Assembly: GCF_001194135.2 (NCBI RefSeq)
Contig: NC_068981.1
Span: 129,356,967 to 129,420,966, forward strand
DNA length: 64,000 bases
Reading direction: 5' to 3'
DNA from: Octopus bimaculoides
Lineage: Eukaryota
The number at the start of each line of letters is the position of its first letter. Position 1 is the first letter of the stretch. This document shows positions 30,001 through 43,500 of the stretch, piece by piece. The notes under the pieces were generated by a model. The model was not told the DNA's origin and did not search any database. It worked only from the letters and a program-made list of their open reading frames with translations. Position numbers and translations under genes: made by a program.

Positions 30001-33000
30001 TGTAGATGATGTTTCATCTTTCTCATCTGTTACATCTTTCATTGTGGTAAATTGGGACTTCGTATTCTGTTCTTTGTTTTCTTGTTTATTTTTCTTCTTT
30101 CTGTTCTTTCCATTTTTACTTGTTTGGACTGCAGTAAAACAGGACATGAAATATTTGAATAAGAAAAAGGTAAGTGCATATAAGAAGGTGATGTTGTTGA
30201 TTAAATCAAGTCCAGTTTATTACTGACAGCTTTATCAACCCAAGAGATAAGTTAACCGGTAATTCAAACAGAAAGCAACAACGCTCAATCTAAGTTTTCT
30301 CACAAAACAGCTGAAGTTGACTTATTTGCATTTTCACTCTACTCCATCATTCAGTTCTAATACATCATCATCATCATCATCATCGTTTAACGTCCGCTTT
30401 CCATGCTAGCATGGGTTGGACGATTTGACTGAGGACTGGTGAAACCGGATGGCAACACCAGGCTCCAATCTAATTTGGCAGAGTTTCTACGATTGAAAAT
30501 ACATAGTATTTCCAGTGTCAGGAAGCTAAACACCAAAACATTTGGCAATGTTCGGAGGACAGTAACTGAATAAGAATTATATAAACAACCTGTCCAATCC
30601 ATGCCTGTATGATATGCAAACATAAATGAAGATGATGACTGTAATTAATTTTCATAGAAATCTAACTCTTAACTTGAAAGGATTTAAGAACAATCATCAG
30701 CTAACCTGTTTTAGATTACAAACTCATTGCAAAAGAAGTTTGTAATGAAACTTTGGAGAAATTCAGTCAAAAACAATGAAATCTTAAGACATTGGGATGA
30801 GAGTATTATTTGTAATGCTTTACAGACAATCACAAAGAATGCAAGCTATACTTGGTGGAGTGTAGTCAGAAGCATAAATAACAAAGCAAGTTTAAAAAAA
30901 ACAAACATTTTAGTACTAAAAAGAATAAGACTTCTTTACCTTCTGCTTTGACAGGTGTTGGTTTGTCTTCTTCAATTACAGAGCAAGTGTTCCCACGTCG
31001 CTCTTCACTAGATATTCTCCCATTACTGTTTAGCTTTGTTTCAAATGAAGAAGAGTTGAAGTCTTTTGTATCATAATTTGATTTTCTAGATTGGTTTGTG
31101 TCAGTGTTAGAAACATTTTTTTTATCACTGAATTCTGTTGAGTTGAGATCATTGTTGCACCGTTTACCTGGGCGTGTCTTTTTTCTAACTACATTGTTCT
31201 GGCCACTGTTACTACGTTCATTGAAGTCTTCAGAAGAATTTGCTGAACAGTTTTTCACATCATATATGGCAGCTTTTAAATTGTTTGATAAATCTTTAGT
31301 ATCTTTTTCATGAGAATTCACTTTTAAAATATTTGGCTTTCTCTTGTAACCAAATATTGAAAATATGGTAGGAAGCTTTTTAAATAAATAATTTGCTTTA
31401 AATGTCCACTGTTTGTCCCTCTTGTTATTTGTGTGGTCTGTGTGATTTGTTGAACTCTCAGGAAGCAAGCGTGAAGCACGACCCTCTGTAACTACAGAAG
31501 AGTTTTGTGGTAGCGTTTTAGAAACAGATGAAAGCCCAGAGATATTTTTCAGATCAAATGCTTTACCCTTCTCATATGGCTGTGTACCATTTAACACTTT
31601 GAGTTTTCGTCTGTAAGAGTCTGCCACACAAATGCGCTTTGCTTCAAGATAGGCTGTAATAAATACACACAGAGTGAGCACAACAATTATACAAATAAAG
31701 GCATAGTAGAGACCCATTTCCCAACTTGGGCGAGGTAGGGCAGCAGCGCATCTGGCTAGCATATAGGGAGGTACAGTAGCCTGCAAAGTAAAGTTCACTG
31801 GTGGCCCTAAACTTGTAGAGATTGTAAGAACACGACGAATACGAGACATGGTGAAGTCAGGAGTGAAACTGAAATAGAAAAAAATAACAAATTTAGTTAG
31901 GAAATTGATAATAGATTATATAAAATGATGCAACTTCACTGATTAAATACTTACGCAATATCTATTTTCTGACTACCATTAGGGAGCAGCTCAAAGCCAG
32001 CACAGTCTAACACTTTGAAACCATATCCTTCACAAGGTGAAGAATTTATGCTGAATCCATGTACATAAAATGGTAATTCTCCTGTGTTTCGCATTGTAAA
32101 CATTCTTTTCACAGTAAAATGAGGCAATGAGTTTTTACCCTGCTTTTTTTCTATGGAAAAAAAAAAAAAAAAAAAAAGGAAAAAAATTAGTTTTTTAAAA
32201 TTTATTTCAAAGTTTCACATCAAGTAAAACATGTTAAGCAAATAGATTATGATGAATTGTGTGAGTGAACTCTTCTTACAGCTAACTCATCTACCATGAA
32301 ATAATAGTACCCCATTTAACAGGGTAATATATTACATCATGACCAACCTAGTATTAGATCTTCACCAGCAACTGTAATTCACCAGTCCAAAAAGAATACC
32401 ATTTGTTTAACAATCTTTCAACGTTTGCATAGGTTAAGGGGAAGATTGTTTGAAAAGACTTTCTTTATGGCTGGATTATGTCTATTGTGATGGAGCGACA
32501 AACTACAGGGCAATCTTAATGCAGATATCACTCCTTTGAATAGATAGCTTTCAACAGTAATTCCATGAGGTAAACAGAAAATCAATGCTGGAGAGCAGTA
32601 AGCAGTAGCTGAGTTAACAGAAGCATGGTATTAGAAGGTGGAGACATAATACTTACTATCACAGTTCTTTAAATGTTTCTCTGTCATCTCAAAGAGTAGT
32701 GGTGTTCGAGAGCCAGCCTTTCTGTTACTGAATCTCATTTCTCCCTGACCACCCTGACCCTGTACCACAAGACTGTCTATTATTGTTAAGTTGTTTCTGA
32801 AACAAACAAGATCCAAGATGTTGCTGAGAATGGCAATAATAATTGAAGACTAATATTTTTCATTAAGAAGATAGGAGAAATGAAAAAAAAAAAAAACTCC
32901 TCAATGAAGCAAAGCATCTCTACCTTGCCAAAGTATAAACAAATTGCTAAGAAATTTATACTACATTGACACTTATTATCAATTGTTACAATGAGCCTAA

Positions 33001-35737
33001 AATTTATACAAGACACTTCAGCCGAACATGAACATTTAATTTGATTGGGCACAAAGACATTGACATAAAGGGAAGTATATATGTTGAATGAAAATGTCAT
33101 TAAAAGCTAACTATTTCATTTATCTTGCCTCTGGTATAGGATTTAACTCAAAACTGAAATATACCAAAACTGAAATTTATACAAAGCACACAATAAAGCA
33201 CCTATCTAATTATGTTTACTGTCTACACCTATAAAACTATAATTTGTAACTATATCAAAATGAAAATATATTTTTCTCAGTATCAAGAGTTAGTTGTAGG
33301 AAAATACTCTAACAAACCTTATAATGATTAGAGAAGTTCTAGATAGATCATCTTTAGGACGAAATCCTACTTGGAATTTTAACTTTGTTCCTGGGCTGAG
33401 GAGGGCTGTGATTGTTTCTTTGTGAGGTTTGATACCTAAAGTGTTTTCTATGTGTTTGCGGTATCGGTGGAGCTGGGAATTTGGCTGCAATTTAAAGGGT
33501 TAACATGTTACAAAAAGTTTCAAACACAGATATAGCAAAAACACAACGTTTCAATTAATATAATTTTCAGTTAGTAAACAGAACTTAATAATGCAGAAAA
33601 TTTAACTTTCAGCTTAATATTTTTCAGAGAAAAATAGATTAAAATACAAACTGTAGAATAGGAGTGTTCAAGATCTGGCAAGATGAAAATATCTCTATCA
33701 TCTGTTTCTATGTAATCTGAGAGATCGGATGCAAGTCTGTTAAAAGAAAACAATTCATCTTAATATGGAATGGTTACTTTTTGTCTATTTACAAGAGAAC
33801 AAAACCAGCACCAGGACTATCAAGGCTGATCTGAAGGCTCAACAACATTAGTAGCATGCCAACAGTGACCTATCCCTTTTTCTTATCCAGTTTTAATTAA
33901 TTCATTCATAACAACCATCATTACTGCATCAAGACTCACTGATTATCTGTTACTATCAACATAGTGTATAGCTAACTGGTTCCTATTTAGATTAGCTGTT
34001 AACATATTACCAAACCAACTGTGACACTGTAGATAAGAAACTGATAATTTCTAGTTTTCTTAGTTGCACTTAGTGAATTTTGGAACAGCAGTTTGATGTA
34101 GATAAAAAAAATTTTTTAACCTCAATTATCAATAGTAAGAATGTGATTCCTGATTGCTTGATATGCTGAAGATAACACTCTATATACCCATAGCTCACTT
34201 TCAGATTAAACCTATCAGTTCCACAATTAACATATGCACTAATAATTTACACATGATATCTTAGTTGCAGAACTAAGGGAACAGAAAACTTGCTCTGTTT
34301 CAATAACAAAACTTGATCTCACTATAAAATAGATAGGATTTCCTGTGTTGCCATGTCATTTGTAGAGTTATTACAAATAATAATTATACTGCAATGGGGC
34401 CTAAAAGAAACTTACCTCAATCAATTTAGTTCATAACAAAGACCATAATAAAGTGATTAGTACAGTGTCCCAAAAGTTACTGATGGATTTCAATTTTTAA
34501 TAACTTCCTTAACTTAAATAAATGCATGAAATTTTGATACAATATAAAGGACATAATGGAAATTAATATGCACAAGTCAAATTTTGCAATGTCACTGCAT
34601 CACATATGAAAAATGACATTGCTTAAACAGCAGCCATTTTCAGCTTCGCATGCTCGTGCTCTTTCCAAAATTTGCACCATAACACCTTCAAGAGTTTCAG
34701 ACCCCACTTCTGATTTCTCTATTGATGTTCTGCAGTTGCATCAGGGTCTCCGGTTTGTTGACGTAAACCCTCTCTTTTAGGTATCCAGACAAGAAAAAAA
34801 TCTGGGCTAGAGAAGTCTGGGGAACGTGAAAGCCATTCAAAGTAGACTTCACACATTGGTTCCAGCAAGATGTGTCAACTGCTCACATCACAAGAGAAAC
34901 AATGCAGTTGCTACGGCAGTGCTTTGGAGAGAGAATAATTTCCTGCTATGGCAATGTTAACTGGCCTTCATGTTCTCCAGACTTTTTCTTGTGGGGATAC
35001 CTGAAAGAGAGGGTTTACGTCAACAAACCGGAGACCCTGGTGCAACTGAAGGAGAACAATAGAGAAATCAGAGAAGTGGGGTCTGAAACTCACAAGAGTA
35101 TTATGGTGCAAGTTTTGGAAAGAGTACAGGTGTGTGAAGCCGAGAATGGCTGCCATTTAAGTGATGTCATTTTTCATATATGATGTAGTGGTGTTGCAAA
35201 ATCTGACTTGTGCATATTAGTTTCCATTATGTCCTTTATATTGTATCAAAATTTCATGCATTTATTTGTAAAGTTAAGGAAGTTATTAAGAATTGAAACC
35301 CATCAGTGACTTTTGGGACACCCTATTAGCAATGCACAATCATAAAACACCTGCTGTAACAATTCATATCAAATGTTTCAATTTCAAAATTGTCCAACAC
35401 TAGAAAAATAATTTGCTGGTTCCTTCTATTACAGCTACTAGACGTTACTCTTCTAGATAACTACAGAGTTTTCATCCCTATATAATATTGAATGTATCAT
35501 AGCCTTATAACTAACTGGTTTTTCTTTCCTTTACAAACGAAAGCATAAGATAAAATCAAATATTTAGTAATTTTTGCTCCAGCTGGATCATGATCCACAT
35601 TTTAAATTAGAAATAACATACCTATTACTCATAAGGTCGACAATAGTTTGCGGGTTTGGATAGACAGGTAAAGTAAAGATTTGTATCAGAACTGGCACAT
35701 CCCCAGGGTTTTCTACAATGAAATCTGATAACTAAAG

Positions 35738-35778
<41 letters not shown>

Positions 35779-36946
35779 AGTTACAAAAATTATACAGCTC
35801 ACAAAGATTCAAACAGTAATTGTACAATTTCTGACACTACACATTAAGAATTAGTTAATACATAATTATATGGTTGACAGATCAAGAAATACAAAGGTGA
35901 ATAGAGAAACAGCTAAATCCATAAATAGCTAGAGTTAAAATGGAGATATCTAAAATGTTACTTACTGACACATTTCCAATCTGAGTAAGAGGAAATTTTA
36001 TTTTACACTTCCTTATTAAGGCTGGCCAATAGAGATGTGCTTGTGCCGAAAAGAGAAAACCTCGCACTTGATTAGTGTCTAGCTCTATTGTTACATTGGC
36101 CCTACAAATAAGAAAAAAAAAGTTGCAATAGATATAATAGAAGTTAATAAATGAGGAACAAAGAATGCAAAGATTCTGACTACTTGTGAAGATTACTTAC
36201 GTGCTTTGATCCACTCGTGCAACACGATCCCATTTCTGTTGAAGATGTGTATATAAATATTGGTCTGTGTCTGCAACTTCTCTGTCTAACTCCAAACCCA
36301 GTAACCATTGGTGACCAGCTAAAAGAAGACAATGTAAATTCATTTTAATTTTATGTAAGTTAGTGTCTTCAAAATGAGAATTTGTGCACATGCACTAAGA
36401 TTCTCTCCCTCTCCCCAAAGGTAAATTAAGTGATGTAGAGAGTGAAACGAGTTTTATACTGTGAGATAAGGCCAGCATTTTGACATAATTTTTTGTCAAA
36501 GAGAAGTGATTACCAGTTTTGAAAGATAAAGAGATCAGGATTAGTGAGAGTAAAGAGAGGTAAAGGAATAGGAAAGGAAGTAGAGTGAGCAGGGGGAAGA
36601 GGCAGTAATTGTTAGTGGAAAGGTGTAAGGGTTAAATTAAGGAGAAAATAAAAGGAACATTAGACTTGTTACCTATCCCACTTTTCTAACTAATCCCAAT
36701 TTACCATTTAAAACAGTGCTTTCAACCATTTGCAGTTCAACACCCCTCTTCACTGTATGGTGCTACCCTCATTTGTGCAGTGGCTTATTACACATTTTCT
36801 TATATAGTTGCATCCAGTATGTGCCTGTTTTCAGGAATTTGCAAGGACTAGAACTCCCCCACTTGTTAAATTTTTATAGAAATAAGAGATAACAAAGACA
36901 TATATAATCTCCAAATATAATAATGAGCGTAGTGTTTTTATATATT

Positions 36947-37039
<93 letters not shown>

Positions 37040-37494
37040 AATCACACTACTGCATGGGTGAAGGGAGAGGAGAGGAAACAGTAATTCAGTGAAGGAGAAG
37101 TAGTGAGAGTAATAGCCATGACTGATAGGGAGTGAGAGAAAGTAATAGCAATGAGAGAGAGGAAGTGGCAGAGAGAGCGTCGTGTATCTTCTACTATAAT
37201 AATACTCTTGTGCATTTCTCCGACACAACATACGAATGAGAAAGGAAGGGGTGATCCACTGATGGAAGTGGGATGGTGAAAAGTCAACAGTGAAACAAAA
37301 ATCAAACAGTGCTTCAACTCTGTGAGTATGTTTGGGTGCATGTAAAAGGGAGGAATGTAAATGTTTGTGTGCGTGCAAAATATATTTATATATTCGGGTG
37401 AGTGTATGTGTATGTTCATTTAGAAAGATACATAGAAAATAGAATTAGACATGCACATTTACACATACATACAAATACATGAACACACACACAC

Positions 37495-37533
<39 letters not shown>

Positions 37534-40500
37534 AGATGCACTTAGAAGGAAGGAAGCGGGCTGTGACAAAGTATAGAAAACCACGCTCGCAACAGACTGT
37601 GCTACTCATACATATAAATGTATACATATGCACACACAGAGTTGAAGCACTGTTTGATATTTTTCACCTTTTTGTACCCTTTTATATATTACAATTAGCT
37701 GTCATTTTTGACAGTATGGGACCAGCTAGTGAAACTATAAAGATTAATGCATCACCAGCCATATTTTCTGATTTTTGCTAACACAATGTCATTCATATAT
37801 TCTAACACCAACAAAAGAGTGTTTTTGAAAAAATGTTTAAAATATAAGTGTTCCTTTGCGAGAGCTCACAATGGTCCAGGGGCTCTACTTTCTTGGTTTA
37901 GAAGCATTGCTTTAAAACTAGTGAGCATTTCTTCTCTTCGAAAGAAGGGTTCTGCCTGAAACAGAAGACTTTGTTCAGTATGTTTTCAAATTTACTGTCC
38001 CAATTATTTTTATTCTTGCTGAGGTACAACATCAGTATACATAGATTCTACCATTTATACTAATTATCTAATGTTTGTGTCTGAAAGGCACTGCAGTATT
38101 GTAGGGATATAACAGGCAAATTATAAGGTCGACAGAAATTAGCAAGAAACAAGTTGAATATGGCCTGTAGGGTGTGCAATAAGAAACATAGAACTGGAAA
38201 TGATAAAGTGAGTTAACAGTCAAAATATAAATAAATTGAAATCTAAATTATCAATACACAAACACACACACACACATGCTAAACATACAAAATTTTTGTA
38301 GAGTAAAGAAGAATTAATGACGAAAGTATTCAGTATAAATACCTGGAGTATGTGTGGGTAAACCTACATAGCATTCTTCATCACATCCCCTCTTGGCATC
38401 AAAATATATTCTACCAATCTGGAGTATAAAAAAAAATAGTGCACAGGAATTTTATAAATTATGTGAAAAATTTACAAAGCAAAAACATTACACAAGAAAT
38501 AGAAAAATAAGCCAAAATCCCACCCCGCTTATCCCTTGAAATCTTGACTAAACTTTCAGAGGAAAGGGGGAATTTTTTCTTTAAAGAAAAAGGGGAAGAA
38601 AACAAAGAAAAAAATGAAATAGAGAAAGCAAAGGTGACAAAAGAAGTCCCTAAAGCATAGTGTCCCAAAGAGGGTGATATCACCCACTGGTGGGCAAAGA
38701 GTGAACTTGTAGAAAATGGTGGGCGATTTGAGATTTTGATGGGCAATATGAACATTTTGTGGGAGACAATGAATTTATAAAAATTAAGTCTGCATTTACT
38801 GACATCTAGGCATGCCTAGAATAAGGATGCACTTTTATCGATTTGACTAATCGCATGAGACGTCACTTTGTATTAAAAAAGCGGACTTGTTTATCGATTG
38901 AATATTTTTGTCGCAGTCATTGAGATGGTTGTCGTGTGCTAAAAATAGCAGCCAAAAGGCCTAAGCCTTAAATCATACTCCACCAGATTTTTTCTTTTTT
39001 GCATAATCGGATGAAGTCCTGCCTATAGAATTCAAATTTGCAAAAGTTTTCTGAAAATTCTGAAAAATAAGTTATGTGGGGTTATATGTTGTGCATAATT
39101 CTGTGGCTTTGTATCAAAACAAGTGTTATTTTCAGGAAGTTGGCAAAATGTGCAGCCATGCACAAAATGAAAGCTTTGAAATCATGTTTCTTGACTGGGT
39201 GAAAATGATCAAACTTTAAACCTCTATAACTTTTTAAGAACATTTTTCTGGAAAAAGTCGAATAACTAACAATTTAGCTTGGAAAGGTACATTAATGAGC
39301 CAAATTAAAAAACTTTTGATAAACTTTTAATTTTTGAAATGCTGGCAGCCAAACGAACTAGATCTGTATTTGCTCCAGTAAAGACGTGTCATCTGACTCT
39401 GCTCTATCAACTTCTCTTTGGGAATACCATACTGCCTTTCTGATGCTGTCTGTAGAAATTTGTTTTCACGTTTTCACTTTACTAAGGCCTCCAGTCAAGA
39501 AAATTTGTTGACAGTTGTGATTTTTATTCCCTCTCCTTAGAACTGTCAATTACCAATGTGCGTTCTTTGCCATCAAACACTGACCGACGAAGCAATGAAA
39601 CCTTCACGCATGAAGTATCATTTGATGCAAAGCATTCTGACAAGAAGGACAAGCCATTATTATACTTTTTGCAACTGAGCTCCTCTTTCAAAAAGCAAGC
39701 ATAAACATTCAACACACTACTCCAGGAAACTAGTAGACAGGAGAATGATGGCCGATTGCATCGTACAACATTGCATTGCTAAGTCTGGGAAGTCTCGCAT
39801 AACTGAAGCAACATTACTTTGCCCAGTTATTGAAGAGGTTTTGTCAACCGTTATGCATGAAAAATCTGATAACATTATGAAGATCCCACTTAGTAATAAC
39901 ACAATTTCTCGATGCATTGATGAAATGCCCAACAATGTCAAACATCAGCTCATTAATATTTTCCAGTGTTCTGAATTTTCTATACAAGTGGATGAGTCAA
40001 CTGTTGAGGACAATCAATGTTTGATTATGGTATATATTCGGTATTTCAGTGAAGACCTTCAACCTTGTGAGGAAATGCTGTTCACAGAGAAATTGCTGCT
40101 TGATTCAAAAGGTGCAACTATTTTTCAAACTCTCAAGTCTTTCCTTTTTGAACGTAGTATCCCACATAGTAATATTCTTGCCTGTGCATCTGATGGAGCC
40201 CCTTCAATGATAGGAAGATACAGAGGTTTTTCATCTCTCCTAAAGCGTAAAATTTCCCACCAGATACTAACTGTTCATTGCTTTTAGTGGTAAAAAATAT
40301 GAACAGTAGATTGAATGATGTGCTACAGTTAGTTATCAAGACTTAACAAATTGAAGTCCAGTCCCTTGTCCGATTGAATTTTCCGTCAACTCTGTCTGAG
40401 AAATGATGAGGACCGTACCAAAGTGCAGTGGCTGTCAAAAGGAAACTGTGTTTTACGCTTTGTTGAACTGTTTCATATAATCATATCTTTCTTTGATGAT

Positions 40501-43500
40501 ACTCCAGTATCTGCTTCACTATTGGCTGCAAGGTGCAATTTCTTTTTTCTTTGTGATATATTCACAAAATTAAATGATTTGAGTAAGTTATTGCAAGGAA
40601 ACAGAAAAACTCTTGTTGATTGTAAATCATTAATCACTCTGTCATTTCGAAATTGGTGTTGTATAAGACTAACGTTTCAAAACATTAATTTCCACAACTT
40701 TTTGAAAGATGAATTGGTTGATGAGGATTTAACTACATATCGCAACTATTTACAATCATTGCACAATAACATGGTGGAGCAATTTCAAGATGTTATTGCA
40801 CTGCATATTCCAAATTGGTATAGCAATCTGTTTGAGGTCGATGCAGTCAATTGTGAGGATGACGTTCAGGAGGAATTGATAGAATCACAAAATGACAATG
40901 ATGCCACAATGTGATATTGCCATAATGGCAAAGAAGGTTTGTGGTACCAACAGAGTATATTGAATTCCTACCCCAATCTGTGGAAACACCTGAAATTACT
41001 TTTGTTTGTCCTCCCTACCTCATACCTGGTTGAATCTGGTTTTAACTATGTTAGAGCTTTACTTTCCCATAAAAGAATTGGACTGGATGTGATACAACAA
41101 GGAAACTTTCGACTGAAGTTGACAAGTTTGAAACTGAATGTATTTGCAATAGCTGCATTGCACCAGACATGGTTCTCATTAAAAAGTTTTATTCTTTTCC
41201 TTTATAATACAATCATTAATTATTTTTGCATTGGTAGTTCTGATCAATGGTTCATTTGGGAAAAATGAAAATCAGTGCAAAAGAAAGTGCAAGTTTCCAG
41301 AAGTTAATCTGTCTGCATAATATAGAGTTAACAGAATTTTATTCACCACTGATGGCAAAACTAAACTCACAATAAGGGATTTGTAAACAACCGCATATTT
41401 AGTCCAAACAGCACTAACAGAGCAATGAGTCTACAATATAGTGTATGTCAAATGATACAAGGGGGTGTTTTCCTAGGGGATTTTGCGTTGGGTGTGGTGT
41501 CAGGGTAAAAATTTCTTTTTTTACACAGGTGGGCAATGGAGTATTTTTTGGCCGAGAGTGCAATTTGAAATGAAAGGTTTGGGAAACACTGCCCTAAAGT
41601 AATACACACACACTACAGAAAAAAAATTAAGGGAAAAATTTTTTAAATACCCAGAGGAGAGAAAAGTGAAAAATAGAAAATAAAAAGGAGTGAAAATGGA
41701 GAAATGAAAGAAGCCAAGAGTTAAGATGTAGCAGCAGCAAGAGTAAAAGAAACATACTCTATTGTATTTTAAAGGTTCCAATATTACTTGTCCATCTGAA
41801 GCTGGTCTGTAATAGAAGCGTGAGTCTGCTGGTCGAAATGATACTTGTGTCACTTTCATATATGCTTCAAAGGTGCTATGAATTTGTAATACCTTATATG
41901 GAATCTTTCCCTAGTGAAAGAAAGAATAAATAAAAACATTAACTCAGTGGAGAAAGCAGTAATTAGATGGAGATAAGCTAATGAAGAAACCTCTACATAG
42001 ATAGAAATAGCAAAATCGCTAAAACCACATCCTTATGACTAAAACTGAATGTAATCTAGATATACAAAGAAACAAAAAGTTCTTGGTTGGAAAGACTTTG
42101 AAATCATGTTAACCCTTTCAAGGTTGGCCTGGGATTAAAGTAGAACTTGGGTGAAAATACTGATGTTTCCATTTCTGATGGAGAATGAAAGAATCAGTCA
42201 AGGTAAAATGGAACAGAGAATGGATTTTAAAGGGATAAATATAGAAGACAAGATACAAATCAGATGGGACCCTCAATGGAAACAGCTGACCTATGAATTA
42301 ATGTACATATTAGTGTATTGAGAGAAAAGTCAAGCATAAGAGGAATTAGATGCAGTATGCAAGAGAGAAACTGCACTGGTTTGGTCATGTGATGTAGCTG
42401 GACACCGACAGCTCCATAAAGAAGTGTCATTCAAAGTGGATAGAATTTGTGGGAGAGGGAAACCCAGTAAGACATGGGATGAAGTAATGAAGGACAACCT
42501 CAGGATGCTGAACTTTTCGGATGAGATGACAAAGGACTGAGATACCTGGTGCCTTGCTGTACTCAAGAAGACCCATCCTCCACAGCAGAAGTATTAAGGC
42601 TGCATCTCCTGGTGAAGAGGATCAGTCTGCAAGAGTCCTGTGCTGGTGCCACATAAAAAGCAATCATGCCAGTGCCATGTAAAAGTGTTTGTGCTGGTTC
42701 CATGTTAAAAGCACCCAGCACACACTAAAATGGTTGGCATGCTCGTGCTCTTTCCAAAATTTGCACCATAACACCCTCAAGAGTTTCAGACCCCACTTCT
42801 GATTTCTCTATTGATGTTCTGCAGTTGCATCAGGGTCTCCGGTTTGTTGACGTAAACCCTCTCTTTTAGGTATCCCGACAAGAAAAAATCTGGGCTAGAG
42901 AAGTCTGGGGAACGAAGTATAGGAATGGCATCTGGCCATAGAAATTAAACCAGACTAGAACCTGGTGCAGCTCTCTGGCTTGATGGCTCTGGTCAAACCA
43001 ACCAACCCATGTCAGCATGGAAAATGAACATTAAAGGATGATGATTACAGAACTAAAAACTGTGACGTTTTAGAAATAAAACCAGGAGTGTGTATCTTCA
43101 TATACTAACAACTGAGCTATGCATACATATTGGAGTATATAGCAATCACACTAAAATTCTAAAATATTATACTAATCATTATTGGTAATTCTGAAGGATA
43201 ACTTAGCCATATTGACATCAGAATCAATCACTATATTAAAAAAAAGGAAAAAGTATTTGCAAAACAATGGTTTAACAAAATTAAAATTCCTGTAATTAGT
43301 TATAAAATTGGGAGAAAAAAATCATATGAAACAGGTGTTATCACTTACTGGATATACTCTATCAAAAATAAGTTTTTCTGGAATAGCATTTAAACTTCCT
43401 TTTGCAGTTCTGAGTGATACTGGTATAAATAGGGTCTATAATACAAAAAAAAAAAAAAAAAAAATCCAGTTGGTTAGAACAGCTTCAACAATTTTATATA

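Noticed and set aside
36938-37781. ORFs with IYIYIY runs
   Set aside because: Microsatellite translation with no domain
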